Assembly (NCBI GenBank): GCA_040285855.1
Contig: JAUFOQ010000004.1
Span: 2,170,001-2,234,000, forward strand
Direction: 5' to 3'
Origin: Eukaryota sp. GEM-RC1
Lineage: Eukaryota
DNA length: 64,000 nt
Under the pieces are notes generated by a model, which worked only from the letters and a program-made list of their open reading frames with translations, did not search any database and was not told the DNA's origin. Positions 26,401 to 40,813 of this stretch are shown in pieces; the stretch's first letter is position 1, and each line of letters begins with the position of its first letter. The translations under genes and the position numbers were made by a program.

Positions 26401-29400
26401 TTCATATTTCAAATTCATCTGTTTCTGTCAATAACTCTACTTTTCAATCATTGAATATGTTTTCTGATGGAGTTGTTTTTGATTCCAATTTTACTGTATA
26501 TTCATCTTATTTTTCTTCGTTTTCTTTAGAAATTGTAAGGACTGAGGTTCAGTTTTCTAATTCTACGTTTACTGGAGAACTTTCGAACTTTTCTTTTTTC
26601 TATATCATCATCATCTTTAGTAACAATGTTTACTTCAACTTTGGACAATCTAATTGTAACTTCTTTGATTGATTCAGATTCTTCAAATTTGATCATTTCA
26701 CAATCGGTTTTCGGTGACATTATTTCTAATTCCATTTTTAATCTCAACAATTCTGAATTGATAATTACTAATTGTGACATTTTCAACACGTTTGGAGATT
26801 TCTTCATTGATGGGTATGAAAGCTCTTTGATTTTGAATTCCCTGGATTTTATTTTTTCAAATTTTACACAGTGGTTCAGTATTGTTGCTGGTTCTTTTGA
26901 TGGTCAACACATTTCGTTCTTTGAAATTAATCATGATGTCTTCTATTTTAATAATTGTTCAGAAGTTTTACTACAGAATGTTACAGTTGATGAATCAAAT
27001 TTGAATTTTTTAATATATGTAGAAAGTTCTAATATTTCAATTTCAGACATTTTCATTCAGGGTTCTATTGGAGTTACTCTAATTACTGGATTTGATTCTG
27101 ATATTATCCTTGAGTCTCTTCTTGTTTCCAAACTCTTCGTTTAATTCCTTTGTTTCTATATCATTTTCCCACTTAATTGTTGCCTCGATTCAATTCCACT
27201 TATCAATCTTTACTGATAAGCTATTGTCCTTCTATAACTCTACAATTATTTTCAAAAAGTTTTTAGTTGCTAACCTTTCTTCAAATACTTTCTTAAGATC
27301 ATCTGATTCTACAGTTCTATTCGAAAACACAATCATCAGGCATTTTGACTTTCTTTGTTTCTTAAATCTCCGTCAATCAAACGTGACCTTCAATAATTTA
27401 TCAAAAACTGATTGCATGATATCATTGCTTGATTCTTCAATTGATGACGTCATCATGATTAACTCACAATTGATGCTTTACAACTCCAATATTTCTGGTT
27501 GTGTGTTTAATGGTGTATTTAAGAATAGCTTTCATCTTGAGAATTCTCACCTTTTTCTAGTTGATCTTGATAATTATCTTTTTCTCTCGTCCCTTACTTT
27601 ACTCAGGTCAAACTGTTCTTTTAATTCACATTTTCCAATAATTTCAAAATCTATAACAATTGATGAAGAATCCTTCATTACTGGCTCTGATTCTGTTGTT
27701 GATCTTTCTGAATTATCTTCAAATATTTCAATTTCTCCGTCAAAACACTGCTGTAACACGTCTTTCTGTCACGTTTCGTTACAATTGGATGACATTGTTG
27801 TTTTGGAGAATCTAATGTCGATCTCTGTCCAACAAAGTCAAAGTTTCCAGTACATTTATCATTTAGACTCTCTAAGTCTAGTTTTTGAACATTCTAAATC
27901 CTTTAATTATTCTGATCCTTCAATTCTATTTAGTTTTGTTATTGATGAAATTCTATTTTCCTACCAATTATTCATTCCTATCTGTCCTATTGAGTTTGTT
28001 AGTCTAGAACCTCCAACTAGAGGTGGATTAGTACCACTTTTGCTTTTAATCTTGGGTTAGATCCTATTGTTATTCATTGTTCAACTGCGTCAATCAATCA
28101 AAGTCTTGAGTATTCTTCAAGTAATCATGAGATTTTAAATATTTTCTTTTTGAGGGTCATGGATGTCATGAAATGATTTTATCAAGATCAACAGATTTTG
28201 AATTGTTATTCATTAAATATTGTTTTAAACGACCTTTTATTCATTCTGTAACTCCAAATCCTTTCCCTTTAACAGGATCACTTATTTTAACAGGATCAGA
28301 TTTTTCCACAAATTTTGAATTCTTTTCTGTTGTTTCAAATTTTCCACCAACAACTGTTTCTAATTATACACATGATGAAATAATTCTTGATGTTCCTTAT
28401 ATTTGTAATATCACTTCTACTACATTTGAAATTTTGTTAATAATTGGAAATCAGACTAGTAATATGTATCAACTTACTTTTGGCCCACCAATAGTCAGTT
28501 ATCACCCTGTTCCTCTTTCCCCTTCTGGTGAAACTATTCTTCTTCGTGGTTCAAATTTATCCATAATATTTAATTGTTCTTACAATTATACAATGGAATT
28601 TTCTATTGATGGACCTTCATTTGACGTTTCCACTAACCATGAAATTACTATAACTACAGGGGAATTATATGGTTTATCTGAGTTGGCTATCTTTATTCAA
28701 TTTTTGAATGATCTTTATATTTCAATTTCTATACCGGTAACATCATTTGTTGCTAAAAATACTGCTTTTGTTTGTTTTGTTGGTATTGCTTGTGAAGTGG
28801 AAGTGTATAGTTATATGTCAAACTTTTCTTTTTGGAGACTTATATTCCGCTGCTTGATCCTAACATTATCCATATTTTAAATTTTCAGACATCCATCCAT
28901 TCGGCTATTATTAAATTTACTTCTTTTAAACGTGGACCTTCAAATAATTTACAAATCTGTGGTAATTTTGGTTGTTTTTCTATTTTTAATTTACCTTTTT
29001 TTGTTGAGCCGTCTTATATTACTCCAAAGTATTTCCAATGGTTACATGAGTCTATAACTACTGAAATTGTTGTTGAAGTTGAGGGTATTTCATTTTATAA
29101 CTATACCGCCATTCAAAATAGTTTTTATTTTGAGAATTGTCCCTCACAGCCTTCCTATATAAGTGAATCTTATCTATATTTTGATGTAAAGCTTTCTGGA
29201 GTGGGTAATTGTTCCTTAGTCTCGTATTCCTTTTTGATGTTGTTACTTTTGGACTTTCAGTTGAAACTAAGAATTTTTTAATTTTTCCACCAGAAGTCAA
29301 TTTTAATTCGCACATTGAATTTATTCTTCCTGAAAAGATTTGGGATCTCTTTATAACTCATGGAAGTCAACGGATTTCAATTAATCATGGTAGCAATATT

Positions 29401-32400
29401 TTAAATTTGAGAGATTCTTCTACTTTTATCACTCTTCACAGATTCTCTCAGTCAATGAACGTTAGCTTTGTTACTTCTTTGTTTGATTCAGAAATTCCTG
29501 AGGTAATTGAGGTTAATTATCTGCAATCAATTTTGATTGACCTTAATCAGTTTCATTATGGTTTTGACATCAGTTGTTCTGGTGATTGTGATTTGTCCTT
29601 AGATTTTACTCAGAAGTCAACTCTAATACTTTCTTTTACTGGACTTGAGCTAGAATTAATTAACCTTGAGGTGTTCGCTTTCCACAAGAATTCAAATTTC
29701 AACTTTCAAATCCCAATATTAGTTGAAAATCCTCCAAAATTTGAACTTGTTAGTCCAAATGTTGTTACGTCATCTGATACTTCTTTCATTGTCATTCAGA
29801 GTTACTCACATTTTGAATTAAATTCTACATTTTCATTGATAATTCTATTATTGAACCTTCTAATGTTGAGCTCATCTCCAGTTCTGATTCCTTCTTTGTT
29901 TACAGATTTGAACTAAATCTTACTTCTTTTCAGTTTTTGAAGGTGAATATATTCAAAATCTGTTTTGGTCTCAAGTAGGTTTTAAAAACATTTTATTAGC
30001 GAAATTAAATTCTTCAATTTTGAATTCAGCAGTAACGATCACGTCAGTGTTTTTGAACATCGTGATATTTCTGTTGATTTGCAAGGAAATCTTACTTCAA
30101 ATTTGACTTGTTCTATTGAAAATCAAGACTTCTTCGGTCAAGTTGTTGATAATTACTTGGTTTGTAGGAATGTCAGAATTCCTACTTTTCAACAACACGT
30201 GTGTGTTGACGTTTACTATGAACAATTTCTCTTGAATTCTTTTGAAATTTCTGGGGAAGCCTTTTGGAGGAGATTTGTTTTATTTCATTTTACCAGCATC
30301 CTTTGATAAATTCTTCAGAAATAATTTCAAGTGTCGATCCAGATTTAATATTTGATGGATCAAGGTGCTGTAGTGTTGATGTATCTCATTGTGCAGAATT
30401 AATCTCGAAAAATGAAACAGTGTTGTTCCTTTTTCAATCACAGTTCGATATTCATTACGTTATAATTACGACAAATTCCAGTTGTGAAGGTATGCTTTCT
30501 CACCTTCCTTTAAAATTCTTAATCAACAATCAAACTCTTTCCTCTTCCATTTCTTGTAAACAAATTCCTAGTGGTTATTCATTTGCATCAATGTGTGAAA
30601 TAGATCTTGTATTACCAAATACTGCTGAGATTACTCTAGTTGCTCTAGAAGATCTTTATTTACTAGAAATAGAGTTTTATGGTTACAAATCTAGTACTTG
30701 CTTTAAACCTTTCTCTTTTGGAAGAGGTGTTACTTCATTAGGTGAACTAATTGACGAAGCTGTTCATTTAAGATATAATGCTCAATCATTTTATTCAATT
30801 TCAGAATTCAAACAAGTCGTGGTTGAAAAGTCAACTTTCTGGTCATCGTCATTTCTGACTTTTCCCACTGAGTTGTATTCTCATTATTGTTATTATTCTA
30901 CTGTTAGTTATCCAACTGTTTTGACTGCTTCGTCAGCGTCATTTGTAATTTTTGAAGCTGAAGTAGTCGAATTATATCCTCAACATTTAAATATTTCAAT
31001 CCCAATTATTTGTGTTGATCCTTTGAATTTTATTGTTGACTGTGATGAAATGTTGTCAGTATATTCATCGTCATTTGATTTCTTTGATTTTCACTTTTTA
31101 ATAATTCGTTAATTTTCACTTTCTTGAATATGATTAATCTAGGAAACCATTCGTTTTGGATCTTTTACAATCAAAGTCAATTTCAATGGAATGGAACTAT
31201 TTTTCAAAGTTTTAATGAAATATTCGAAATAAGTGACTTTAATACCAACAGTTGTGATCATCAATTTACTTTGGACAATTCTTGTACTATTTTGAATATT
31301 TCTGCTAGCTTGGTAACTCAAAATCCATTTACCAATTATTCGAAAAACGTCGCAATTTCAGATTTAAATATTGTTGTTGATTCGTCTACAACGATGGTGC
31401 ATATTCTTGATAAAACTAGATTGGAAGTAATTGGACCGCCACTGCGACCAATAGTGATTACTCTTTCCTATTTCTCCCAGTCAATAACCCTAAATCTAAT
31501 CACAAATGATTGCCATCTTCCTAAATTGAATTCTGGACATGGATGTTTATGTCCAAAAGGAATGGAATTTAATTTTCTTGGTGAATGTGTTGAATGTTCA
31601 TTGAATTATTATTCAAATTCAGAATTTAATTCAGAATGTAGATCTTGTCATTTTCCTAGAATTACTCTTCAGAAAGGTTCTAGTGATCTTGACCAATGTG
31701 TTTGTCCTTTAAACACTTTAGATTCTATTGATTCTTGTTTACCTTGTCCTCATTTAGCTGAATGTGGATATGGAAATTTGACTGGAATTCAATCTGGTTT
31801 TAGATTAAATACTGATACTTGGGAACTAGATGAGTGTGTTTTTTGGTTCAATTGTCAAGAGAATTCTTGCAGATCACGTCATGCTTATGGAGATTTGTGT
31901 CAATACTGTACTGAAGATGCTGTTTTCAGTCGAATTTACTGTATTGGGAAAGAGCATTTATTGATCAAGTTTCTATTCTTGGTACTTTTTGTTTTACTAC
32001 TTCTTGCTACAGATAGGTTCTCAATGGGGTATCTTCAATCAAAAGTAATATCGCAAGCTTTACGATTGTCCACATCATCTTTGTCGTTTTTCCGTTCGAC
32101 ACAGATTTTGAAACAATATTCCAAGTATTCAAATATTTTAAATATGTTCCTGTTCTCAGTTACAGTGTTTTTTTTACAGAAGAGTATCTGTAAGTCTAAT
32201 CTTTTTGAGTATATTTCAGCTCTATTTTATTTAGACAAGTCAATGATATTGTTGATGTTATGTGCAACATCTCTCGCATTTGCTTCAAGATTTTGTTTAA
32301 CCAAATATTTCAAATTCAAAACATTCAATGTTTTTCATAGCTCCTTCTTCACTGGAGCCGCTTTAATTTCTGGCACTTATCTTTTGGATTCTTATTGACT

Positions 32401-32682
32401 CATTTTTACATTCAAAAACAACTCTTTTTATCATTTGTTTTTGCTTTTATTCACTTCTTATTTATAGTTTTCGTTATATTTATTCAACGAACTCAGCCTT
32501 ATTTCTTTTCTCTTTTGAGTTATTGTATTATTTTGTTTTCAGAATTTTTTCCTACTCTGGCTTATTTTATTATTCAAACTGTTGTTTTGGTTTGTCTTTA
32601 CTGTATTTCTACTTCCTTAGAACGAGTTATTCTTGGAATAGCTTCTTTAGTTTCTGTTTATCATGTGTTTAACTTTATTTGA
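23411..32682 (+). CDS. Giant surface/membrane protein with RCC1 propeller, copy B (full length, homopolymer frameshifts)
   Basis: Signal peptide MTQTRAIVLILFLLPCVF; RCC1 repeats (VWGSN, YSAGSN, YCWGGN, YSWGNN, WSWGEN, YTWGN); downstream ORFs colinear with A, C and D. Confidence 0.88.
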
Positions 32683-33103
32683 ATATCTCGAACATTTATT
32701 GTAATTTTCTACAGTATGGACATTTCTCTTGAATCAAAAGTCAATCAAGCCATCTCATTGTCACCTTTAATGGTTCATCATCTTCATTGGTTCAGTTGGA
32801 CAATCTTCATATGTACTGCAGATTGTAATCGTCCTATTTTTAGACTTTTTAGGTAGACATTATTTAGAACTATTGTATGTGAGTTATTTTGTTATTTTGT
32901 TGGAGAAACATACTTCTCTGCCAATCTTTCCTTGTTTTGGTTATGATTTATGTCAAGTTTGAGTAAATGAACTTCCATTCCTGTTTAACACTCTTTTAGT
33001 GATCAAGGATTTGCCAATAAAAGTATTCAAAAATTTAAAATAATTGTTGGTTCTATAATTAACAGTCATTTTATGATGCCGCAGAATAGCATAGTTTCAT
33101 AGT

Positions 33104-33921
33104 TAGGGATCTTAACTGGTTCAGTTCAGTTCATTTTAATAGATATACTCAATTAAAGACTACAACTCAAATTTGTCACTAAATTGAGCGAAAACATTAA
33201 TATATAAGCTTGAAAATGAAGTTGTCTCCTAATTTAGGTTTGACCCAAGCCATGAGTACAGACATACCTGAGATTGGACACACTTTTCCATCAATTTGAC
33301 CCTATGTTTATTAGCAGAGCTTTATTTTTGTTTTGTGAAGATTGTTAAAGAAAAAACATCTAGGACTTTTGATCTTAGATTTTGGAAAGGTCGAATTGTG
33401 TTTGCTATCTTTAAAGGTTTGGTGACTTCTGTATCTAGCGCTTTATTATCTCTTGGGAGACATTATGAGGATAAGGTAGGTGAGGATTTCCAGATAGGCA
33501 ATCTGGACTTTGAGGATATTGATTATTAGATGTATGTACACTGAGTGTTGTTGTCAATAAAAATATATTGGTAAACAAAGTGTATTAGCAATAAGTAAAG
33601 CAAGTATCAGTAAATGTTTTATGGGGTTGTATTGTTACGAGAAGATTTGGAAGAGAATTAACGTTAAGTCTCTGTAGAAGAAAACATTGTTTTGAAAATT
33701 AGAGATTTATATATATATACATATACATAAATCTCTACATATATAGATTTTTGATTGATTTACATCTCTAATTCATCAGTAAAAAATCGTGTTCGCGGTT
33801 ACTTGAAATTTTTGAATTAGTTCAAACATCCAAATACAGGATCGCTTCAATCGGTTCAGAACCGGTTCACACACACTTGAACTGAACCAGTTCAACTGAA
33901 CCGACTCATTTAACAGACCTA
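33104..33921. mobile_element. hAT-like MITE with GGTTCAGTT subterminal repeats (mirror copy at 39461-40279)
   Basis: TAGG..TTAA imperfect termini; oppositely oriented GGTTCAGTT/AACTGAACC arrays; GTTTCAT near both flanks. Confidence 0.5.
33240..33560 (+). mobile_element. 3' end of an RLE non-LTR element nested in the MITE (mirrored in the right arm)
   Basis: RTFDLRFWKGRIVFAIFKG parallels KVFNSAVWINRIMFALYRS (11535 ORF) and KKFNRSYWKSRFAFSIFRS (61965 ORF); AATAAAAA tail. Confidence 0.65.
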
Positions 33922-35827
33922 GTTTCATCCATTGATTCACTTTTTAATCACTTTTTACCTCAAGATTTTGACATTAACATGCTCTCCAATGATTTGAGCA
34001 AGAGTCACTTACTGGTAAAACAAATATTTGAATAATAGAAGTATTGAATATTTATTGCACTTGCTACACAGATCCTTCTTCTACCTGTTGCTTAGGCTTA
34101 TCAAAATCTCGGGTTTAGGGTAGTTTTTGTCCAGATTCTTATCAGTTGTACATCTTCAATAATCATCAGCTTCTTTAGGTTCACAAACTTATAGGATGCT
34201 ACAAGTTCTTTCATTGTGGCTCTGCTGGGGACACATATATAATTCACACCGCACATCACCACATTGTTACGATGCTTTTTAGTAATGTTCGATACATTTA
34301 TTGCAATATATTACAACTATAGACGTTACTTGTAACTTATTGTCCCTGTATATTCAATTTCCTTCCGTTCTTAGTAATGCTGTCACAGATGTTACACTTG
34401 AAATGTTCAAAGCCATTATCTTATATTTGAACCCTCATTCAGTATGTGTAGTTTTGTTTTTGTACATAATTCTCGTCAAGCTGGCATGCATGGTCTTTTT
34501 TATTGATTCCAGTCAAATTTGCCTTTATGTACAATAAATACATTGCATCCATGTGATCAAACTTATGTTGACAGAATGACTTTGAAAGTTTAAAACCACA
34601 TAGACGTGGCTGTAACACATACAATAAACGTAAATTCCAAAAGTGTTCCAAATTTTGTACTTGTACCATTTGTAATTTGTTTTATTACTATTGGAGAAAT
34701 GCATTACCAGTTTTATATTGTCTTTAGGTATATGTGTAAGTCTCACTATAAGAGATTCAATTTATTAATTTGGCAAAACTGTTTGGTTTGTGCTCCACTC
34801 CATTTGATGCCGAAATTTGGTAAATTAAATATCACTGCGTTGAATAAGAACTTGTTGTTCGACAGTTTATCGTGTCTGGTGTCTTGTGCATTTCTGTATG
34901 GGATTATTTCAGAAATACAGTCAAACAAAAATGGTATTTTCACTTATACCATGTACCTGTGGTGCTTGTGAATTGGGTGGAACATCTTTGTGTTTCTCCT
35001 ACTCGGTGTATCACAATACACACAATCATATGATTATCTTTGTATCACGAATCTATTTCAACTTGGTGAGCGGTTAAAAGAACACACTCGAACACTACAA
35101 GACTTTTCATTAGCATAACATTGTTAGGTTGTACCTACTCTTTGAATAGTCACAGCAAACAAACTGTCAGTAGTCGTATTTCCACACTACGCGAAAGAGT
35201 CCTGATCTTTTGTGCAGTCTGGCTATCACGAAAACGCTCACCTTTATATCAGTAATGCGGCTCTTTATGGATATGGCAATGTTAGTTGTATAAAATATGA
35301 TAAAAGAACGGTCTAGAATAATTTCTATGTCTGTCTATATAAGTAACAATGTGAACTGTGGAAGAAACTGCAGTAGTAAACTACTCATGGATGTAGTGAT
35401 TTCATGACGGTTAGAACGAACTCATTGGAGGAGGTTGATGTTTGCGTTGCGATGAAGACTTATGAAGCTTAGAACATTAGATACGGTACATTGTCATCGA
35501 AAACATGTCTAATAGAGAGCCCGTTTATGTAACAAAGGACACCATCACCGCAAAAACATGATACTTGATTATCAATTTGTAATTGATTATCAAATTCATT
35601 GATAAAATCATTTAGTTGATAAAGTATTTGTGATTGATAATGGTGTGATTGAAGTTTGGTAGTCAATAAATATACTGAAGTTTGGACTACTCAGCCCCTT
35701 TGGAACGAGCCATGAAATCAATTGGTCGTCGATTTACAACTGTTCTTAAATAATTATGATGCCTTTGGTGCTAAAAGTAGATAGGAGTTCCTGGTTTATG
35801 AAACCAAAATCGTGGTAATTAAATATG

Positions 35828-35962
35828 TTATGACTTATGAGCATACCTGGAAAATAGACTTTTCTGTATTATCTATTTTTTTATTTCAATATTTTTATCT
35901 ATATCTGTATTTTTGTATTTTGGTCAACTCTTATATTTTCCAGGCATGGCTATGAGTCTTAA
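35828..35962. mobile_element. Degenerate short MITE-like inverted repeat
   Basis: GCATACCTGGAAAATA ... TATTTTCCAGGCATG with TTA(T/A)GACT outer ends. Confidence 0.4.
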
Positions 35963-37089
35963 GCATACTTGTGGATCACAAACACATGTGATCACACTGG
36001 CCTGTTTTCTGTGATCACACTACTTGTGATTCAATTGTGATTGTAATATAAGTGAAATCATCCATATAATACATGTATATGATAACTCTAGATCACTTTT
36101 AGATGCTCGTTAACACACTGATTGGTGTTAGAAAGCCACATTTGTTTTTCGACGATGTAAATCACTTAAATATGTGTTCGATGACCAATTTAAACAGAAA
36201 AAGGACTGGCGTACCAACCGTAGTACAGCTACTGGGAGATTTGTGAATCCTGCTTTATACTTAAGATACTTAAATGACCAGCGACGCAATGCAAATATGG
36301 CGTAACACAATGGTATGGTCTCCGGGCAGTGCAAAAGAAGGAAAAGAACATTATAGGCAGAAGATAACACTATTTATCTGTACTTTCTCAAGATGATTTT
36401 TATTGGATTTACATCTGTAATGTCTGACCAATAAACAGACACTAGCCAACAATTTTGGTAAACCTGTTGAATCGTACACTAGATATTCCGTGTGAGCTGT
36501 AGATTGAAGCTGAAAATGTTCTAACTCATTAGTGCGAGTTTTCAACTTCCTTATTTAACCTAGAAGAAATGTCATCAACCACGTCATCATTTTGATCCTA
36601 ATTCTATAAGTCAATTATCGCCGAAATGTTGTAACAGTATTTTGGTGCTGTTTATCAGGCATTTAAAGTGTCATGTGGTTCGTATATACATTTTGGTACA
36701 TTTGGTGTCATTGACACATGTCATCTATTCTGTTTTCAAACAAAATTTTTGGTCTAAGAATGCTGACAAATGTTACATAAAAAACGGAACGACTGATGCT
36801 AGATGCCGGTACTGTGAATCATGTTGATTTCTCAGTATTTGAATAACTCATCTATAGAATTGTTTTTCAACAGTTCTGTACTTATCGTTTGTAACGGTTG
36901 TTATACGATCCTTGTTCTAATTTAAAAAAACACCAAGAAGATCTATATATTCCGCTTCTGTGTACCGTCTAGAAGTTGCAGCTTTACTAAGAAGGAAACA
37001 AAAAACAGTATTTGATAGTTGGATGTTTGTAAAAAGACATCTTTAAAGAACGCTTCGTCTGAAACTTCTCCTTGAGACATTTCTGAACA

Positions 37090-37950
37090 GGCCAAACAGG
37101 ATAAGTACAAAAAACCATTGATGGCTTTAAAACATGTAAAACATGTTGAGTACGAATTATGCCCTTTGCTGTTTCCAATTTTCGGACGTTTAGGAAAAGT
37201 GCATTGAATTTTTTAAACGATTTCGGAAAAATCGTAAAAAATAGGATGAACAAACGTTTTGATCATATGTTATGATTGAATCGGATCGTTTTTACTGTTT
37301 TTAAAACAGTTCCCCTGATCATCTCCAAAGCTTTATTATCAGTGAGTTCGTTTTATGGGGACAAAGCTGTTGTAAGGTTTGATAGCGACGGGTGTTGTTT
37401 TACTGATATCGAATTCTAGTTGTTTGATGTATTACATTTATAATAAAACTATTAATGAAAAACAGTATGAATTCTGTTTTGATGGCTTCGAGACAGCTAT
37501 GACTATTACTGTTGAACCTTCATTAAGGCACTACTGACTTTGAGATCCACAACATCCGCTAATGGTGTTTGCTCATTATTTGTTCGGACTTAATGGCTAA
37601 TCTTCACAAGCTTTTATTTATTGTTAGTATGTTTATCGAATTGCAACACAGAACAAGTAGAAGAATTAAATCGAATATTATATTCCAAATTTGTGTTTCA
37701 ACCTTTTGCTGTTTCTCTTGTTGAGTGCTGCTAGTGATCAATTGTTTTAGTGTTTTGAAGAACTTTGTAAAGAAAAGAAGCATAAGTTTAGAATGACTGA
37801 ACGAAAAAACCGCATCGTGTTTTCACTATATCGGAATATGCCTTTCTATTTCTCTCGATTAATTGAGAAATTGTACAAGTTTGGTATGAAAGTTAATGTT
37901 GAAAGACGTAATCTTTTACCGGGTAGCGAAGAAGTCGTTTGGATTTAGTA
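37090..37950 (+). mobile_element. Two tandem degenerate RLE non-LTR 3' fragments
   Basis: ccctttgctgtttcc..cgttttgatcat (homologous to 22204-22450) and tattccaaatttgtgtttcaaccttttgctgtttct (homologous to YSKFSFVPFAIS). Confidence 0.65.
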
Positions 37951-38059
37951 TTAGTATTTTTTATTTCTTTTTGCAAATATATGTCATCGTATGAAGGTTA
38001 CCTTTTGGGTACCGAATACAATTTTGACACAGAACCTGTCTTCTTCAAAAACAATACTC

Positions 38060-38155
38060 CGAAAGAACTTAAATAATCTCAAAAAGACGATAAACAGAAA
38101 CTAAAGACGCTATTCCGAGAGTAATTCGTTCCAAAGAAGTAGCAATACAGTAAAG
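38060..38155 (-). pseudogene. Orphan 3' end of another surface-protein gene copy
   Basis: Encodes approximately LYCIATSLERITLGIASLVSVYRLF, matching the C-termini of copies A and D. Confidence 0.75.
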
Positions 38156-38156
38156 T

Positions 38157-40813
38157 ATAGCCAGACTGCACAAAAGATCAGGACTCTTTCGCGTAGTGTG
38201 GAAATACGACTACTGACAGTTTGTTTGCTGTGACTATTCAAAGAGTAGGTACAACCTAACAATGTTATGCTAATGAAAAGTCTTGTAGTGTTCGAGTGTG
38301 TTCTTTTAACCGCTCACCAAGTTGAAATAGATTCGTGATACAAAGATAATCATATGATTGTGTGTATTGTGATACACCGAGTAGGAGAAACACAAAGATG
38401 TTCCACCCAATTCACAAGCACCACAGGTACATGGTATAAGTGAAAATACCATTTTTGTTTGACTGTATTTCTGAAATAATCCCATACAGAAATGCACAAG
38501 ACACCAGACACGATAAACTGTCGAACAACAAGTTCTTATTCAACGCAGTGATATTTAATTTACCAAATTTCGGCATCAAATGGAGTGGAGCACAAACCAA
38601 ACAGTTTTGCCAAATTAATAAATTGAATCTCTTATAGTGAGACTTACACATATACCTAAAGACAATATAAAACTGGTAATGCATTTCTCCAATAGTAATA
38701 AAACAAATTACAAATGGTACAAGTACAAAATTTGGAACACTTTTGGAATTTACGTTTATTGTATGTGTTACAGCCACGTCTATGTGGTTTTAAACTTTCA
38801 AAGTCATTCTGTCAACATAAGTTTGATCACATGGATGCAATGTATTTATTGTACATAAAGGCAAATTTGACTGGAATCAATAAAAAGACCATGCATGCCA
38901 GCTTGACGAGAATTATGTACAAAAACAAAACTACACATACTGAATGAGGGTTCAAATATAAGATAAAGGCTTTGAACATTTCAAGTGTAACATCTGTGAC
39001 AGCATTACTAAGAACGGAAGGAAATTGAATATACAGGGACAATAAGTTACAAGTAACGTCTATAGTTGTAATATATTGCAATAAATGTATCGAACATTAC
39101 TAAAAAGCATCGTAACAATGTGGTGATGTGCGGTGTGAATTATATATGTGTCCCCAGCAGAGCCACAATGAAAGAACTTGTAGCATCCTATAAGTTTGTG
39201 AACCTAAAGAAGCTGATGATTATTGAAGATGTACAACTGATAAGAATCTGGACAAAAACTACCCTAAACCCGAGATTTTGATAAGCCTAAGCAACAGGTA
39301 GAAGAAGGATCTGTGTAGCAAGTGCAATAAATATTCAATACTTCTATTATTCAAATATTTGTTTTACCAGTAAGTGACTCTTGCTCAAATCATTGGAGAG
39401 CATGTTAATGTCAAAATCTTGAGGTAAAAAGTGATTAAAAAGTGAATCAATGGATGAAACTAGGTCTGTTAAATGAGTCGGTTCAGTTGAACTGGTTCAG
39501 TTCAAGTGTGTGTGAACCGGTTCTGAACCGATTGAAGCGATCCTGTATTTGGATGTTTGAACTAATTCAAAAATTTCAAGTAACCGCGAACACGATTTTT
39601 TACTGATGAATTAGAGATGTAAATCAATCAAAATCTATATATGTAGAGATTTATGTATATGTATATATATATATAAATCTCTAATTTTCAAAACAATGTT
39701 TTCTTCTACAGAGACTTAACGTTAATTCTCTTCCAAATCTTCTCGTAACAATACAACCCCATAAAACATTTACTGATACTTGCTTTACTTATTGCTAATA
39801 CACTTTGTTTACCAATATATTTTTATTGACAACAACACTCAGTGTACATACATCTAATAATCAATATCCTCAAAGTCCAGATTGCCTATCTGGAAATCCT
39901 CACCTACCTTATCCTCATAATGTCTCCCAAGAGATAATAAAGCGCTAGATACAGAAGTCACCAAACCTTTAAAGATAGCAAACACAATTCGACCTTTCCA
40001 AAATCTAAGATCAAAAGTCCTAGATGTTTTTTCTTTAACAATCTTCACAAAACAAAAATAAAGCTCTGCTAATAAACATAGGGTCAAATTGATGGAAAAG
40101 TGTGTCCAATCTCAGGTATGTCTGTACTCATGGCTTGGGTCAAACCTAAATTAGGAGACAACTTCATTTTCAAGCTTATATATTAATGTTTTCGCTCAAT
40201 TTAGTGACAAATTTGAGTTGTAGTCTTTAATTGAGTATATCTATTAAAATGAACTGAACTGAACCAGTTAAGATCCCTAACTATGAAACTATGCTATTCT
40301 GCGGCATCATAAAATGACTGTTAATTATAGAACCAACAATTATTTTAAATTTTTGAATACTTTTATTGGCAAATCCTTGATCACTAAAAGAGTGTTAAAC
40401 AGGAATGGAAGTTCATTTACTCAAACTTGACATAAATCATAACCAAAACAAGGAAAGATTGGCAGAGAAGTATGTTTCTCCAACAAAATAACAAAATAAC
40501 TCACATACAATAGTTCTAAATAATGTCTACCTAAAAAGTCTAAAAATAGGACGATTACAATCTGCAGTACATATGAAGATTGTCCAACTGAACCAATGAA
40601 GATGATGAACCATTAAAGGTGACAATGAGATGGCTTGATTGACTTTTGATTCAAGAGAAATGTCCATACTGTAGAAAATTACAATAAATGTTCGAGATAT
40701 TCAAATAAAGTTAAACACATGATAAACAGAAACTAAAGAAGCTATTCCAAGAATAACTCGTTCTAAGGAAGTAGAAATACAGTAAAGACAAACCAAAACA
40801 ACAGTTTGAATAA
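38157..40813 (-). repeat. Right arm of the inverted repeat
   Basis: Reverse complement of 32570-35226 with only a few differences. Confidence 0.95.

Larger units (their letters stand above)
32570..35226 (+). repeat. Left arm of a near-perfect ~2.66-kb inverted repeat
   Basis: Mirror ORFs are identical (33296..33529 vs 39854..40087; 34606..34971 vs 38412..38777); mirrored coordinates sum to ~73383. Confidence 0.95.

Noticed and set aside
34108..34122. Telomere-like GGGTTTAGGG (also TAGGGGTTAGGGGG at 60584)
   Set aside because: One or two units only; the second is a MITE terminus
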